32,000 nt of DNA. Source: Wolbachia endosymbiont of Drosophila innubila (GTDB lineage Bacteria > Pseudomonadota > Alphaproteobacteria > Rickettsiales > Anaplasmataceae). The DNA lies in the NCBI RefSeq assembly GCF_021378375.1, contig NZ_CP076228.1, positions 1-32,000 of the forward strand. The letters are read 5' to 3'. The position numbers were made by a program, and so were the translations under genes. Positions within the stretch are counted from its first letter, which is position 1. Each line of letters opens with the position of its first letter. Under the pieces are notes generated by a model that saw only the letters and a program-made list of their open reading frames with translations, was not told the DNA's origin and ran no database searches. This document shows, one piece after another, positions 10,242-18,927 of this stretch.

Positions 10242-11090
10242 ATGATTAGTAAAAAAACATTAGCGGTTACAGCATTTGCTTTATTGTTGTCACAACAATC
10301 TTTTGCAAGTGAAACAGAAGGGTTTTACTTTGGTAGTGGGTATTACGGTCAATATTTAAATAACACAAGCGTACTAAAAACAAGCACTACAGGTATCAAA
10401 AATTTGTCTATAAATGACAGGGGTGCTCAGAACACAGAAGGTCAGTCACTAAGTGAGTATAAAGGAGATTATAATCCACCTTTTGCTGCAAATGTGGCAT
10501 TTGGTTACACAGGGGAATTGGGTAACAACAGCTATAGGGCTGAATTGGAAGGGATGTATTCTTCTGTAAAAGTGGATAATATTGGTTTAACAAGTAGCCA
10601 AATAACTGTTTCATACCTAAAGGAGACTGATGAGGATTCTGATAAAAAAACTTATCTCTATGGTGCTGCAGTTAGTCATGACCAAATTGAGAACATATCT
10701 GTAATGGCAAATGTTTATCATCATTGGAAAAGTGACCGTTTCTCTTTTTCTCCTTACGTTGGTATTGGGATCGGTGCAACAAGAATGACGATGTTTGAAA
10801 AACCGTCAATAAGACCCGCAGGTCAATTAAAAGCTGGCTTTGACTATCGCATAAACGAAGATGTAAATATGCATATCGGATATAGAGGTTTTGGTGCTAT
10901 TGGTAGCGATATTAAGCTTACAGCAAAAAGGTTAGGACAAGTGGTAGACGACTTTAATAATAATAAAAAAAAGAAGCTTAATCCTAGCTCAGGTAGCAAA
11001 GTAACTGAGGAAATAAATATAGGTAATCAACTATTTCACACACACGGTATAGAGGCTGGTCTTACTTTCCATTTTGCCAGCAAAGCTTAA
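10242..11090 (+). CDS. wspB: WspB-like outer membrane surface protein
   Basis: 282 aa with signal peptide (MISKKTLAVTAFALLLSQQSFA), beta-barrel-like composition, GFYFGSGYYGQYLN start, C-terminal GIEAGLTFHFASKA. Positioned directly downstream of virD4, as known for Wolbachia wspB. Confidence 0.9.
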   Translation: MISKKTLAVTAFALLLSQQSFASETEGFYFGSGYYGQYLNNTSVLKTSTTGIKNLSINDRGAQNTEGQSLSEYKGDYNPPFAANVAFGYTGELGNNSYRAELEGMYSSVKVDNIGLTSSQITVSYLKETDEDSDKKTYLYGAAVSHDQIENISVMANVYHHWKSDRFSFSPYVGIGIGATRMTMFEKPSIRPAGQLKAGFDYRINEDVNMHIGYRGFGAIGSDIKLTAKRLGQVVDDFNNNKKKKLNPSSGSKVTEEINIGNQLFHTHGIEAGLTFHFASKA

Positions 11091-11167
11091 ACATGTTGCC
11101 CTTTAAAAAATGCATAAAACCGTTCCTGTCGTCCTATGGCTTGACCATAGGATCTAGTGAAATATAG

Positions 11168-11192
11168 ATCCAAGTAGTCACGCTACTTGGAT
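11168..11192. repeat. Perfect hairpin ATCCAAGTAG-tcacg-CTACTTGGAT
   Basis: 10-bp inverted arms with 5-nt loop. The same arm sequence recurs at 12209-12235 and 12381-12420. Confidence 0.85.
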
Positions 11193-11254
11193 GACTAGGT
11201 AGAGGGTACTGGGATGATATAGGATAATATGGGATGAAGGCAAAAAAACATTAG

Positions 11255-12094
11255 CTATGTTCTTTTCACAACAATGCATCTCTTCATTCCCGCTAAGTCA
11301 TATACATATTCCTGAAAAGCTAATTCGTATGAGGGGATTATTTTGTCAATATTGCTTTGATCTTCACCTATCTCCAATATCGCAAACCCATTTTTTTTAA
11401 GGCACTTTCTCAATATTGGAAAAATGCTCAAGTAACAGCTCAAACCATCAATACCACCATCAAGGGCAATTCTTGGTTCCTTTTGCACTTCAGCTTGCAA
11501 GTCTTTCAATTTGCTTCTTTTAATATATGGAGGATTACTGATTATAAGATCGAATGAACCTCTGCACTCTGTCCACGAACTTGGAAATATTTTGGCTCTG
11601 CTGAGAAGATCATGTTTTTTTGTGTTCTGATAGGCAACTTTATATGCTTCCAAGCTTTTTTCAAAACCGACGCCAACAGCATATTCATACTCACTAAGTA
11701 CGGATATCAATAAACAACCTGTGCCTGTACCAAAATCTGCAATTTTTAGTTTCTGTTTTTTGTTTGGGTAATATTTTAACACTGCTAGGATTATTGTTTC
11801 ACTATCTGGCCTTGGATCTAAAACATGCTGGTTAACTATAAAATTTTTACTCCAGAATTCACGATTACCTATTATTTGCGATATTGGATATCTTTCCGCT
11901 CTTTTTTTTGTTAATTTCCAAAATAAAAGTTCTTTCTCCATCGGCACTTGATCAGCATGGTTCACAATTATAAATGATCTTTCCACTCCAAGTACGTGCT
12001 GCATGATGATTTCACAATCTAAATGTGGTGATTCAACTTTATGTGACGATAATAACTCCGATCCTTCTTGAATTAAAGTGCTGATTGTTTTCAT
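11255..12094 (-). CDS. prmC: Peptide chain release factor N5-glutamine methyltransferase (PrmC/HemK)
   Basis: 279 aa with SAM-binding motif IADFGTGTGCLLIS and catalytic motif FDLIISNPPYI. Confidence 0.95.
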   Translation of the reverse strand: MKTISTLIQEGSELLSSHKVESPHLDCEIIMQHVLGVERSFIIVNHADQVPMEKELLFWKLTKKRAERYPISQIIGNREFWSKNFIVNQHVLDPRPDSETIILAVLKYYPNKKQKLKIADFGTGTGCLLISVLSEYEYAVGVGFEKSLEAYKVAYQNTKKHDLLSRAKIFPSSWTECRGSFDLIISNPPYIKRSKLKDLQAEVQKEPRIALDGGIDGLSCYLSIFPILRKCLKKNGFAILEIGEDQSNIDKIIPSYELAFQEYVYDLAGMKRCIVVKRT

Positions 12095-12208
12095 TATTCT
12101 AAAAATATGTTTCTTTCAGCCAAAAATAGCAAGATGAGCTTCCAGTTTAGGGTAGCTGCACTAAATCCCAGTGTCAAGCACGCAGCTGTACGAACATTGC
12201 AATTTGCA

Positions 12209-12235
12209 GATCCAAGTAGCTTGACTACTTGGATC
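12209..12235. repeat. Perfect hairpin GATCCAAGTAG-cttga-CTACTTGGATC
   Basis: 11-bp inverted arms, 5-nt loop, sharing the core of the 11168-11192 element. Confidence 0.85.
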
Positions 12236-12340
12236 CAGCTAAGTTGGTGAGCATAAAAGTATAGCTAATGCGAGCTTTACGTCATACCGTCACGGTATCT
12301 CTAGATTCCGCTAACACGTAGCGGGACGACGAGGTCAGGG

Positions 12341-12453
12341 TGTCATCCTAGTACCTTCTCCTGTCATCCCAGTGCCCTGACTACTTGGATCCAGGAAAAA
12401 GAATGGTGTCATCCAAGTAGCCTCCCTCCCCTGTCATCCCAGTGCCCAGACAC
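12341..12453. repeat. Degenerate short repeats of type TGTCATCCcAGTgCC with inverted CTACTTGGAT / ATCCAAGTAG arms
   Basis: TGTCATCC occurrences starting at 12341, 12362, 12407 and 12432. Arms CTACTTGGAT (12381-12390) and ATCCAAGTAG (12411-12420). Confidence 0.75.
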
Positions 12454-12466
12454 TGAGATCCAGAAA

Positions 12467-12490
12467 AGTTTGCTTGTAAGCAAGCAAACT
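12467..12490. repeat. Perfect hairpin AGTTTGCTTG-taag-CAAGCAAACT
   Basis: 10-bp inverted arms with a 4-nt loop. Confidence 0.85.
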
Positions 12491-12542
12491 AGCACAGAAA
12501 GTGGTTACAACATTTTCGATGAGATTATATGGAAAACTGGAT

Positions 12543-12565
12543 TCCAGTGTCAAGCACTGGAATGA
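12543..12565. repeat. Perfect hairpin ATTCCAGTG-tcaag-CACTGGAAT
   Basis: 9-bp inverted arms with a 5-nt loop; TCCCAGTGTCAAGCAC occurs in related form near 12168. Confidence 0.8.
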
Positions 12566-12598
12566 CACCTTCCTGCCCAGTTCATGTTGCCATAAATA

Positions 12599-12765
12599 TT
12601 AAGAAATTTACCAAGCAAAAAAAAGGCAAAAGAAGCCCTAGTCATTGTCTATTTTCAGTATTGGCGTTTTTTAAGTCTTAAACACTGCAATTTAGCTGCT
12701 TTTAAATGCAACTCACCTTAGTTTAAATGTTTAAGAAATTTACTAAGCAAAAAAAAGGCAAAAGA
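12599..12765. repeat. Direct repeat pair, 35 bp, 34/35 identical, ~132 bp apart
   Basis: TTAAGAAATTTACCAAGCAAAAAAAAGGCAAAAGA (12599-12633) and TTAAGAAATTTACTAAGCAAAAAAAAGGCAAAAGA (12731-12765). Downstream sequence retains weaker similarity (ATTGGCGT...GTCTTAAAC). Confidence 0.85.
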
Positions 12766-13206
12766 TATCCCGTATTAGCTAGTTGTCACTCTCTAATCTT
12801 GCAAATTGGCGTACTATACTGTCTTAAACGCTTTATAAGCGCGTTTCAGCTTATATAGGTAAAAACCCAGAAATGTTGTGAAGAAGTAAAGTGTGCATAG
12901 TGCAAAAAATTAAAAATAAGACGCCAATTACGTAATACTGTTGTCATTTAATCTGCACAGATTGAAGATAAATGAATACCTTCAGTACCATGATAATGGG
13001 GCTGGCGAAGGGTGTCAAGTAAGTTTTTTCGTTTCTACTGAATGACAGTTGTGGCTTGGGAGGTAGTGCAAGAAGTCTACTGATGGCTTTCAAGGCAGTT
13101 GAGCTTAATTATTAGAGTAGTAATGTTTATTTTTATATTGACTATTGAGGTTTATTATTTTATAACTAAAAACTTAGTTATTTTAATGAGCTTGAGTTTA
13201 TAACAT

Positions 13207-13581
13207 ATGCCTACGATAAATCAATTAATACGTAAGGGTAGATTAGGATTGACCCATAAGAAAAAGGTACCAGCTTTGGGAGAAAGCAACCCTCAAAGGA
13301 GAGGTGTTTGCACTAAGGTGTATACTACAACTCCTAGAAAGCCTAACTCAGCACTCCGTAAAGTAGCCAGAGTAAAAATTAGTGGGTATGGTGAAGTGAC
13401 GGCTTATATACCTGGTGAAGGTCATAATTTACAAGAACACTCTGTTGTTTTGATACGTGGTGGGCGGGTTAAAGATTTGCCAGGTGTGCGTTATCACATA
13501 ATAAGAGGTGCCCTTGATCTGCGTGGTGTGCAAAATCGAAAGAAAGCTCGTTCAAAATATGGTGTAAAGAAATCTGGTTAA
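13207..13581 (+). CDS. rpsL: 30S ribosomal protein S12
   Basis: [12 protein letters not shown] ... [27 protein letters not shown] ... [23 protein letters not shown]. Confidence 0.98.
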
Positions 13582-13586
13582 AGTTT

Positions 13587-14066
13587 ATGGCTCGTCGGAA
13601 TAAAGCAAAAAAAAGAGAAATAAGTCCTGATTCGCGTTACGGCAGTGTTTTGCTGATGCGTTTCATTAATACAATCATGAAATGTGGTAAAAAATCTACT
13701 GCAGAAAAGATTATCTATGACGCTTTGTCTTTAGCTGAAAAGAAAATAGGCGAAGGTGGGTTATCAATTTTTGAGACAGCAGTAGGAAATGTTACTCCTT
13801 CTATAGAAGTGCGTTCTCGACGCATTGGTGGTGCAACTTATCAAGTACCTGTTGAAGTTCGACAAGATAGAGCGGTTTCTTTAGCGTTAAGGTGGATTGC
13901 TAAAGCAACTTCTGCTGCTCGAAAAAAGAGTGGAAAAACCACTGTTGATTGTTTGCAATCTGAAATACTGGATGCTTATAATAAACGCGGTGGTGCGTTT
14001 AAGATGTGCGAAGAAAAATATAAAATGGCTGAAGCTAATAAGGCATTTTCTCATCTTCGTTTTTAA
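13587..14066 (+). CDS. rpsG: 30S ribosomal protein S7
   Basis: 159 aa with S7 motifs ([44 protein letters not shown]). Confidence 0.98.
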
Positions 14067-14087
14067 TGTTAGCTAATTAATTGTGAT

Positions 14088-16163
14088 ATGGAAATTGGAA
14101 TATCTAAATACAGAAATATAGGGATAATGGCTCACATAGATGCTGGTAAGACTACCACAACAGAGCGTATTTTATTTTATACTGGTAAGCAAAATAGAAT
14201 TGGTGAAGTGCACGATGGTGCAGCTTCTATGGATTGGATGGAGCAGGAAAAAGAGCGTGGTATTACAATCACATCTGCTGCAACAACATGTTTTTGGAAT
14301 GATCATAGGGTCAATATAATAGACACTCCTGGTCACGTTGATTTCACTATTGAAGTTGAGAGATCTTTAAGGGTTTTGGATGGTGCAGTTGCTGTATTTG
14401 ATGGAGTTGCTGGAGTTGAACCTCAATCTGAGACAGTGTGGCGTCAAGCTGATAAATATAGCGTTCCTCGTATCTGCTTTGTTAATAAGATGGATAGAAT
14501 AGGGGCAAATTTTTATCGATGTGTTGATATGATAAAGACGAAGCTTGGTGCAGCACCTTTAGTTATTCATTTACCAATAGGGAGTGAGAAAGATTTCAAA
14601 GGTATAATTGACCTTATTTCTATGAAAGCCATTATATGGCAAGAAGAAACGTTGGGCGCTAAATTTTCTTATGAAGATATTCCTTCTGATTTGCTTGATA
14701 AGGCTCAAGAATATCGAAATCTTTTATTAGATGCTGCAGCTGAGATGGATGATGAAGCGATGAATACTTACTTTGAGTCTAATGATCTGCCAGTGGATTT
14801 ACTGAAAAAATGCGTGAGAAATGGGACCATTAAAGGAAAATTTGTTCCTGTGTTATGTGGATCAGCTTTTAAAAATAAAGGCGTACAACCACTTTTAGAT
14901 GGTGTGATTGACTTTTTACCTTCTCCTATTGATGTTGATGTAATTGTTGGAATTGATCCTAAAGATTCAGAAAAGAAAATTGAGGTCAAACCTTCAGAAA
15001 AAGAGAAATTTGTTGCTCTTGCATTTAAAGTGATGACGGATAAATTTGTAGGCAGCTTGACGTTTATCCGTATTTATTCTGGTAAATTAAAGTCTAAATC
15101 TACCATTTCAAATGCGTTAAAAAACGAAACTGAAGGGATTGGCAGAATGTTACTTATGCATGCAAATAACCGAGAAGATATAACTGAGGCTAGGGCTGGA
15201 GATATAGTTGCTTTAGTTGGGCTAAAGAAAACAACCACCGGAGATACTTTATGTTCTGTTGATTTTCCTATATTATTGGAGCGTATGGAATTTCCTGAGC
15301 CTGTTATTGAAATTGCTGTAGAACCTAAAACCACTTCAGATCAGGAAAAATTAGGTATTGCTCTAAATAGGTTGGTTGCAGAAGATCCTTCTTTGAGAAT
15401 GTCAGTAAATGCGGAAAGTGGCCAGACTATATTGAAAGGCATGGGTGAGCTCCATCTTGAGATTATTGTTGATAGAATGAAGCGCGAATTTAACATTGAG
15501 GCTAATGTCGGTGCTCCTCAGGTTGCATATCGTGAAACTATCACTAAATCTGTTGAAATTGATTACACTCATAAAAAACAATCTGGTGGAGCTGGTCAGT
15601 TTGCTAAGGTTAAAATAAAATTTGAACCTCTTGAGCCTGGTTCTGGGTTTCAATTTGAAAGTAAAATTGTAGGTGGTGCTATTCCAAAAGAGTATATTCC
15701 TGGGGTAGAAAATGGCTTGGAGTTGATAAAAGAAGGTGGTATAATTTCGGGATTTCCGTTGATTGATTTTAAGGCTACCCTTCTTGATGGTGCTTTTCAT
15801 GAGGTTGATTCTAGTCCTTTAGCTTTTGAACTTGCTGCTAAAGGTGCTTTTAAAGAGATGGCAAATAAAGCTGGTCCAAAAATGCTGGAGCCTATAATGA
15901 AAGTTGAAATCATTACTCCTGAAGAATATATGGGTGATGTTATGGGTGATATAAATAGTAGAAGAGGAAATGTTGCTGATATGCTCGATTTAGGTAATAA
16001 TAGTAAAATAATTACTGCTTCGGTACCTCTTGCAAATATGTTTGGTTATATCAACGTTTTGCGTTCTATGTCTCAGGGAAGGGCGCAGTATAGTATGCAT
16101 TTTTCTTGTTATGAGCAAGTGCCACAATATGTGGTTGATGAGTTAAAGTTAGAGTATAATTAA
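14088..16163 (+). CDS. fusA: Elongation factor G
   Basis: 691 aa with [45 protein letters not shown]. Confidence 0.98.
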   Translation: MEIGISKYRNIGIMAHIDAGKTTTTERILFYTGKQNRIGEVHDGAASMDWMEQEKERGITITSAATTCFWNDHRVNIIDTPGHVDFTIEVERSLRVLDGAVAVFDGVAGVEPQSETVWRQADKYSVPRICFVNKMDRIGANFYRCVDMIKTKLGAAPLVIHLPIGSEKDFKGIIDLISMKAIIWQEETLGAKFSYEDIPSDLLDKAQEYRNLLLDAAAEMDDEAMNTYFESNDLPVDLLKKCVRNGTIKGKFVPVLCGSAFKNKGVQPLLDGVIDFLPSPIDVDVIVGIDPKDSEKKIEVKPSEKEKFVALAFKVMTDKFVGSLTFIRIYSGKLKSKSTISNALKNETEGIGRMLLMHANNREDITEARAGDIVALVGLKKTTTGDTLCSVDFPILLERMEFPEPVIEIAVEPKTTSDQEKLGIALNRLVAEDPSLRMSVNAESGQTILKGMGELHLEIIVDRMKREFNIEANVGAPQVAYRETITKSVEIDYTHKKQSGGAGQFAKVKIKFEPLEPGSGFQFESKIVGGAIPKEYIPGVENGLELIKEGGIISGFPLIDFKATLLDGAFHEVDSSPLAFELAAKGAFKEMANKAGPKMLEPIMKVEIITPEEYMGDVMGDINSRRGNVADMLDLGNNSKIITASVPLANMFGYINVLRSMSQGRAQYSMHFSCYEQVPQYVVDELKLEYN

Positions 16164-16174
16164 GGGTAATAATT

Positions 16175-17348
16175 ATGACAGCAATAGTGGAAGCATTTGG
16201 AAAGCCGCATGTAAATGTGGGAACAATAGGACATGTGGATCATGGAAAGACGACGTTAACAGCGGCGATAACGAAGCATTATGGAAATTTTGTAGCGTAC
16301 GATCAGATAGACAAAGCGCCAGAAGAAAGGAAGAGGGGGATAACGATAGCAACAGCGCATGTTGAGTATCAGACAGAGAAAAGGCATTATGCACACGTTG
16401 ATTGTCCTGGACACGCTGACTATGTAAAGAACATGATAGTAGGTGCAGCACAGATGGATGCGGCGATATTGGTAGTGTCGGGGGTTGATGGGCCAATGCC
16501 ACAAACGAGAGAGCATATATTGCTGGCGAAGCAGGTAGGTGTTGGATATATCGTGGTGTATATAAATAAAGCTGATGTTGCTGATGCTGATATGATAGAT
16601 TTAGTAGAAATGGAAGTGAGGGAATTACTGAGTAAATACGGATTTCCAGGGGATGAAGTGCTTGTGGTGGTTGGTTCAGCGCTCAAGGCGCTGGAGGATG
16701 ACAGCAGCGAATATGGAAAGAAATCAATAGATAAATTGATGGAAAAGTTAGATGAATATGTAGCGGTTCCACCAAGGCCTGTGGATTTACCATTTTTATT
16801 GCCAATCGAAGATGTATTTTCGATATCGGGGCGAGGAACAGTGGTAACAGGAAGAATAGAGAAGGGAGAGATAAAGACGGGAGAAGAGATAGAGATAATA
16901 GGTCTGAAAGCGACGCAAAAGACGATATGCACAGGTGTTGAGATGTTTAAGAAGTTGCTGGATAAGGGAAGTGCAGGACTCAATGTAGGAATATTGTTAA
17001 GAGGAACAAAAAGAGAAGAAGTGGAGAGAGGGCAAGTATTAGCGAAACCGGGGACGATAACACCGCATAGAAAGTTTAAGGCGGAGGTTTATATATTAAA
17101 GAAAGAGGAAGGAGGAAGGCATACACCATTTTTTTGCGAATTACCAGCCACAGTTTTATTTAAGGACAACGGATGTAACTGGGAGCATAAAATTGCTAGA
17201 TGGGAAGGAGATGGTAATGCCAGGAGATAATGTGAGTGTAGAAGTAGAATTGCAAGTACCGATAGCAATGGATAAGGGATTGCGTTTTGCGATAAGAGAA
17301 GGCGGTAGAACTGTTGGTTCTGGTGTTGTTTCTGAAATTTTGGAGTGA
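16175..17348 (+). CDS. tuf: Elongation factor Tu, interrupted by an apparent +1 frameshift in a T7 run at 17129-17135
   Basis: Frame 1 gives [32 protein letters not shown] through GGRHTPFF. Removing one T from the T7 run restores [70 protein letters not shown] with stop at 17346-17348, giving the expected 390 aa. The uncorrected ORF ends at 17230. Confidence 0.93.
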
Positions 17349-17361
17349 GAGTTTGAGTTAT

Positions 17362-17434
17362 AGGAGTGTAGCTCAATTGGTAGAGCGCTGGTCTCCAAAA
17401 CCAGAGGTTGTAGGTTCAATTCCTATCGCTCCTG
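17362..17434 (+). tRNA. tRNA-Trp (anticodon CCA)
   Basis: AGGAGTG acceptor pairing with CGCTCCT, D-arm GCTCAATTGGTAGAGC, anticodon stem-loop CTGGT-CTCCAAA-ACCAG, T-arm GTAGG-TTCAATT-CCTAT. CCA is not encoded. Confidence 0.96.
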
Positions 17435-17444
17435 CATTAATGTT

Positions 17445-17654
17445 GTGGTGGAAATGTTAAAAAGTTTGTGTGGTTTTTTCTGTGATATAAAGCAAGAAAT
17501 ACGAAGAATTGCTTGGGTAAAGAAACAGGAGGTGTTGTCATCTCTATTTGTTGTAATGATTGTTATATTATGCTTTTCGATTTTCTTCTGTTTTGTGGAT
17601 TTTATGTCTCTTTACGTAATTAAGGCTTTATTTGGAATTATTTATGGAATGTGA
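17445..17654 (+). CDS. secE: Preprotein translocase subunit SecE
   Basis: 69 aa with SecE pattern FFCDIKQEIRRIAWVKKQEVLSSLFVVMIVILCFSIFFCFVDF, located between tRNA-Trp and nusG. Confidence 0.92.
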   Translation: MVEMLKSLCGFFCDIKQEIRRIAWVKKQEVLSSLFVVMIVILCFSIFFCFVDFMSLYVIKALFGIIYGM

Positions 17655-18480
17655 ATATAAATGGTATATCATTAAAGTTGATTATGGATATGAGCAAAAC
17701 ATACGCGAATTGGTAAGTAATGCTGTTTATTTTAAGGAAGTGTTTATTCCTTATCAAACGGTATGTAATTCAAAGTCTGATATAAAAGAATTATGTGAAG
17801 TGTATGTATATATGCATCTGTGTGATGAAAGCAAAAATATTTTGAATCAAACGCCTGGATTCTGCAGTGGCGAATCTGGTGATTTTGAGATGATTTCAGA
17901 TGATGAGATAAGTTTAAAGTGTAAAGAATTTAATAGATATAAATGGTATATCTTGAGAGTTGCTTCCAATTGTGAAGAGAAAGTGCGCCAACATATATTG
18001 GAAAATTCTATGAGATTGGGTGTTAATGATTACTTTAAGGAAGTTTTTATTCCATATGAAGAGCTAAGTGAAGTAGAGTTGAAATCTAAGAAAATTGCTA
18101 CACGAAGGAAATGCTTTCCTGGTTATGTCTTTTTATACGTGAATTTATGCGATGAAGTATTGAATTTTATCAATAATATACCAAAATCTCTTAAGGTTTA
18201 TGGATTTTTGAAAAACGGTAATATTCCAAAGGTGATTTTGGATGATGAGATTCACTCAATGTGTAATGCACTTTATAATGCTCAAGAGACAAAGAAGTTA
18301 GGTTATGGTTATGAAAAAGGTGAAAAAGTGAAAATTAATGATGGTCTTTTTCAAAATTTTACTGGTAAGGTAAATATGGTAGACGATGAGAAAAAAATTA
18401 TTAATGTGGAAGTATCGATTTTAGGTAAGCCGACAATAATAGAGCTTGATCTGGCTCAAGTAGAGAAAATAGAGGATTAA
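17632..18480 (+). CDS. nusG: NusG-like transcription antitermination factor with two tandem NGN-like domains plus KOW region
   Basis: 282 aa. First module starts KWYIIKVDYGYEQNIRELV, second KWYILRVASNCEEKVRQHI. C-terminal KOW-like KGEKVKINDGLFQNFTGKVNMVD. Sits in secE-nusG-rplK order. The start could be 17632 or 17644. Confidence 0.9.
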   Translation: MELFMECEYKWYIIKVDYGYEQNIRELVSNAVYFKEVFIPYQTVCNSKSDIKELCEVYVYMHLCDESKNILNQTPGFCSGESGDFEMISDDEISLKCKEFNRYKWYILRVASNCEEKVRQHILENSMRLGVNDYFKEVFIPYEELSEVELKSKKIATRRKCFPGYVFLYVNLCDEVLNFINNIPKSLKVYGFLKNGNIPKVILDDEIHSMCNALYNAQETKKLGYGYEKGEKVKINDGLFQNFTGKVNMVDDEKKIINVEVSILGKPTIIELDLAQVEKIED

Positions 18481-18482
18481 TT

Positions 18483-18923
18483 ATGAGTGTTATAGTTGCT
18501 AAGATTAACTTACTTATGGAAGCTGGGAAAGCAGTTCCAGGACCGAAAATTGCTTCAGTACTTGGTCCACGTGGTATACCTGTTCCTAAGTTTTGTGAAG
18601 CTTTTAATAAAGTTACTAGTGCTGCTAACGCTAATTATAAAGTAGGCGATTTAGTAACAGTGCGAATTTCCATAAAGGATGATCGCTCTCATGATTTTAC
18701 TGTCAGCGGTCCGCCTGTGGCTTATTTACTTAAGCAGGAGGCTAAATTAAGTAAAAGTTCTGGTAATCCTGGTAAAGAATTAGTGGCTAAATTACCTATG
18801 TCTGCTATAATTAAAGTAGCAAAGTGCAAGATGGTTGATATGAAAGTGGATAATGAAGATTCAGCAGTGAAAATGGTTGTAGGCACTGCAAAATCTATGG
18901 GTATAGAAGTTGTGGAAGGTTAG
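18483..18923 (+). CDS. rplK: 50S ribosomal protein L11
   Basis: 146 aa; KINLLMEAGKAVPGPKIASVLGPRGIPVPKFCEAFN, C-terminal GTAKSMGIEVV. Confidence 0.97.
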   Translation: MSVIVAKINLLMEAGKAVPGPKIASVLGPRGIPVPKFCEAFNKVTSAANANYKVGDLVTVRISIKDDRSHDFTVSGPPVAYLLKQEAKLSKSSGNPGKELVAKLPMSAIIKVAKCKMVDMKVDNEDSAVKMVVGTAKSMGIEVVEG

Positions 18924-18927
18924 GTAA

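Noticed and set aside
12599-12765. Possible CRISPR array
   Set aside because: There are only two copies of the 35-bp unit with a ~97-bp similar spacer region, and no cas genes or regular spacing.
15402-15800. 132 aa minus-strand ORF inside fusA
   Set aside because: It is antisense to conserved EF-G sequence, without a domain or start context; treated as spurious.
16173-16983. Minus-strand ORFs within tuf (109 aa at 16173-16502, 86 aa at 16256-16516, 187 aa at 16420-16983)
   Set aside because: They lie antisense to a strongly conserved EF-Tu coding sequence and have low-complexity Ser/Pro/Leu/Thr-rich translations with no domain signature. They are explained by the codon composition of tuf.
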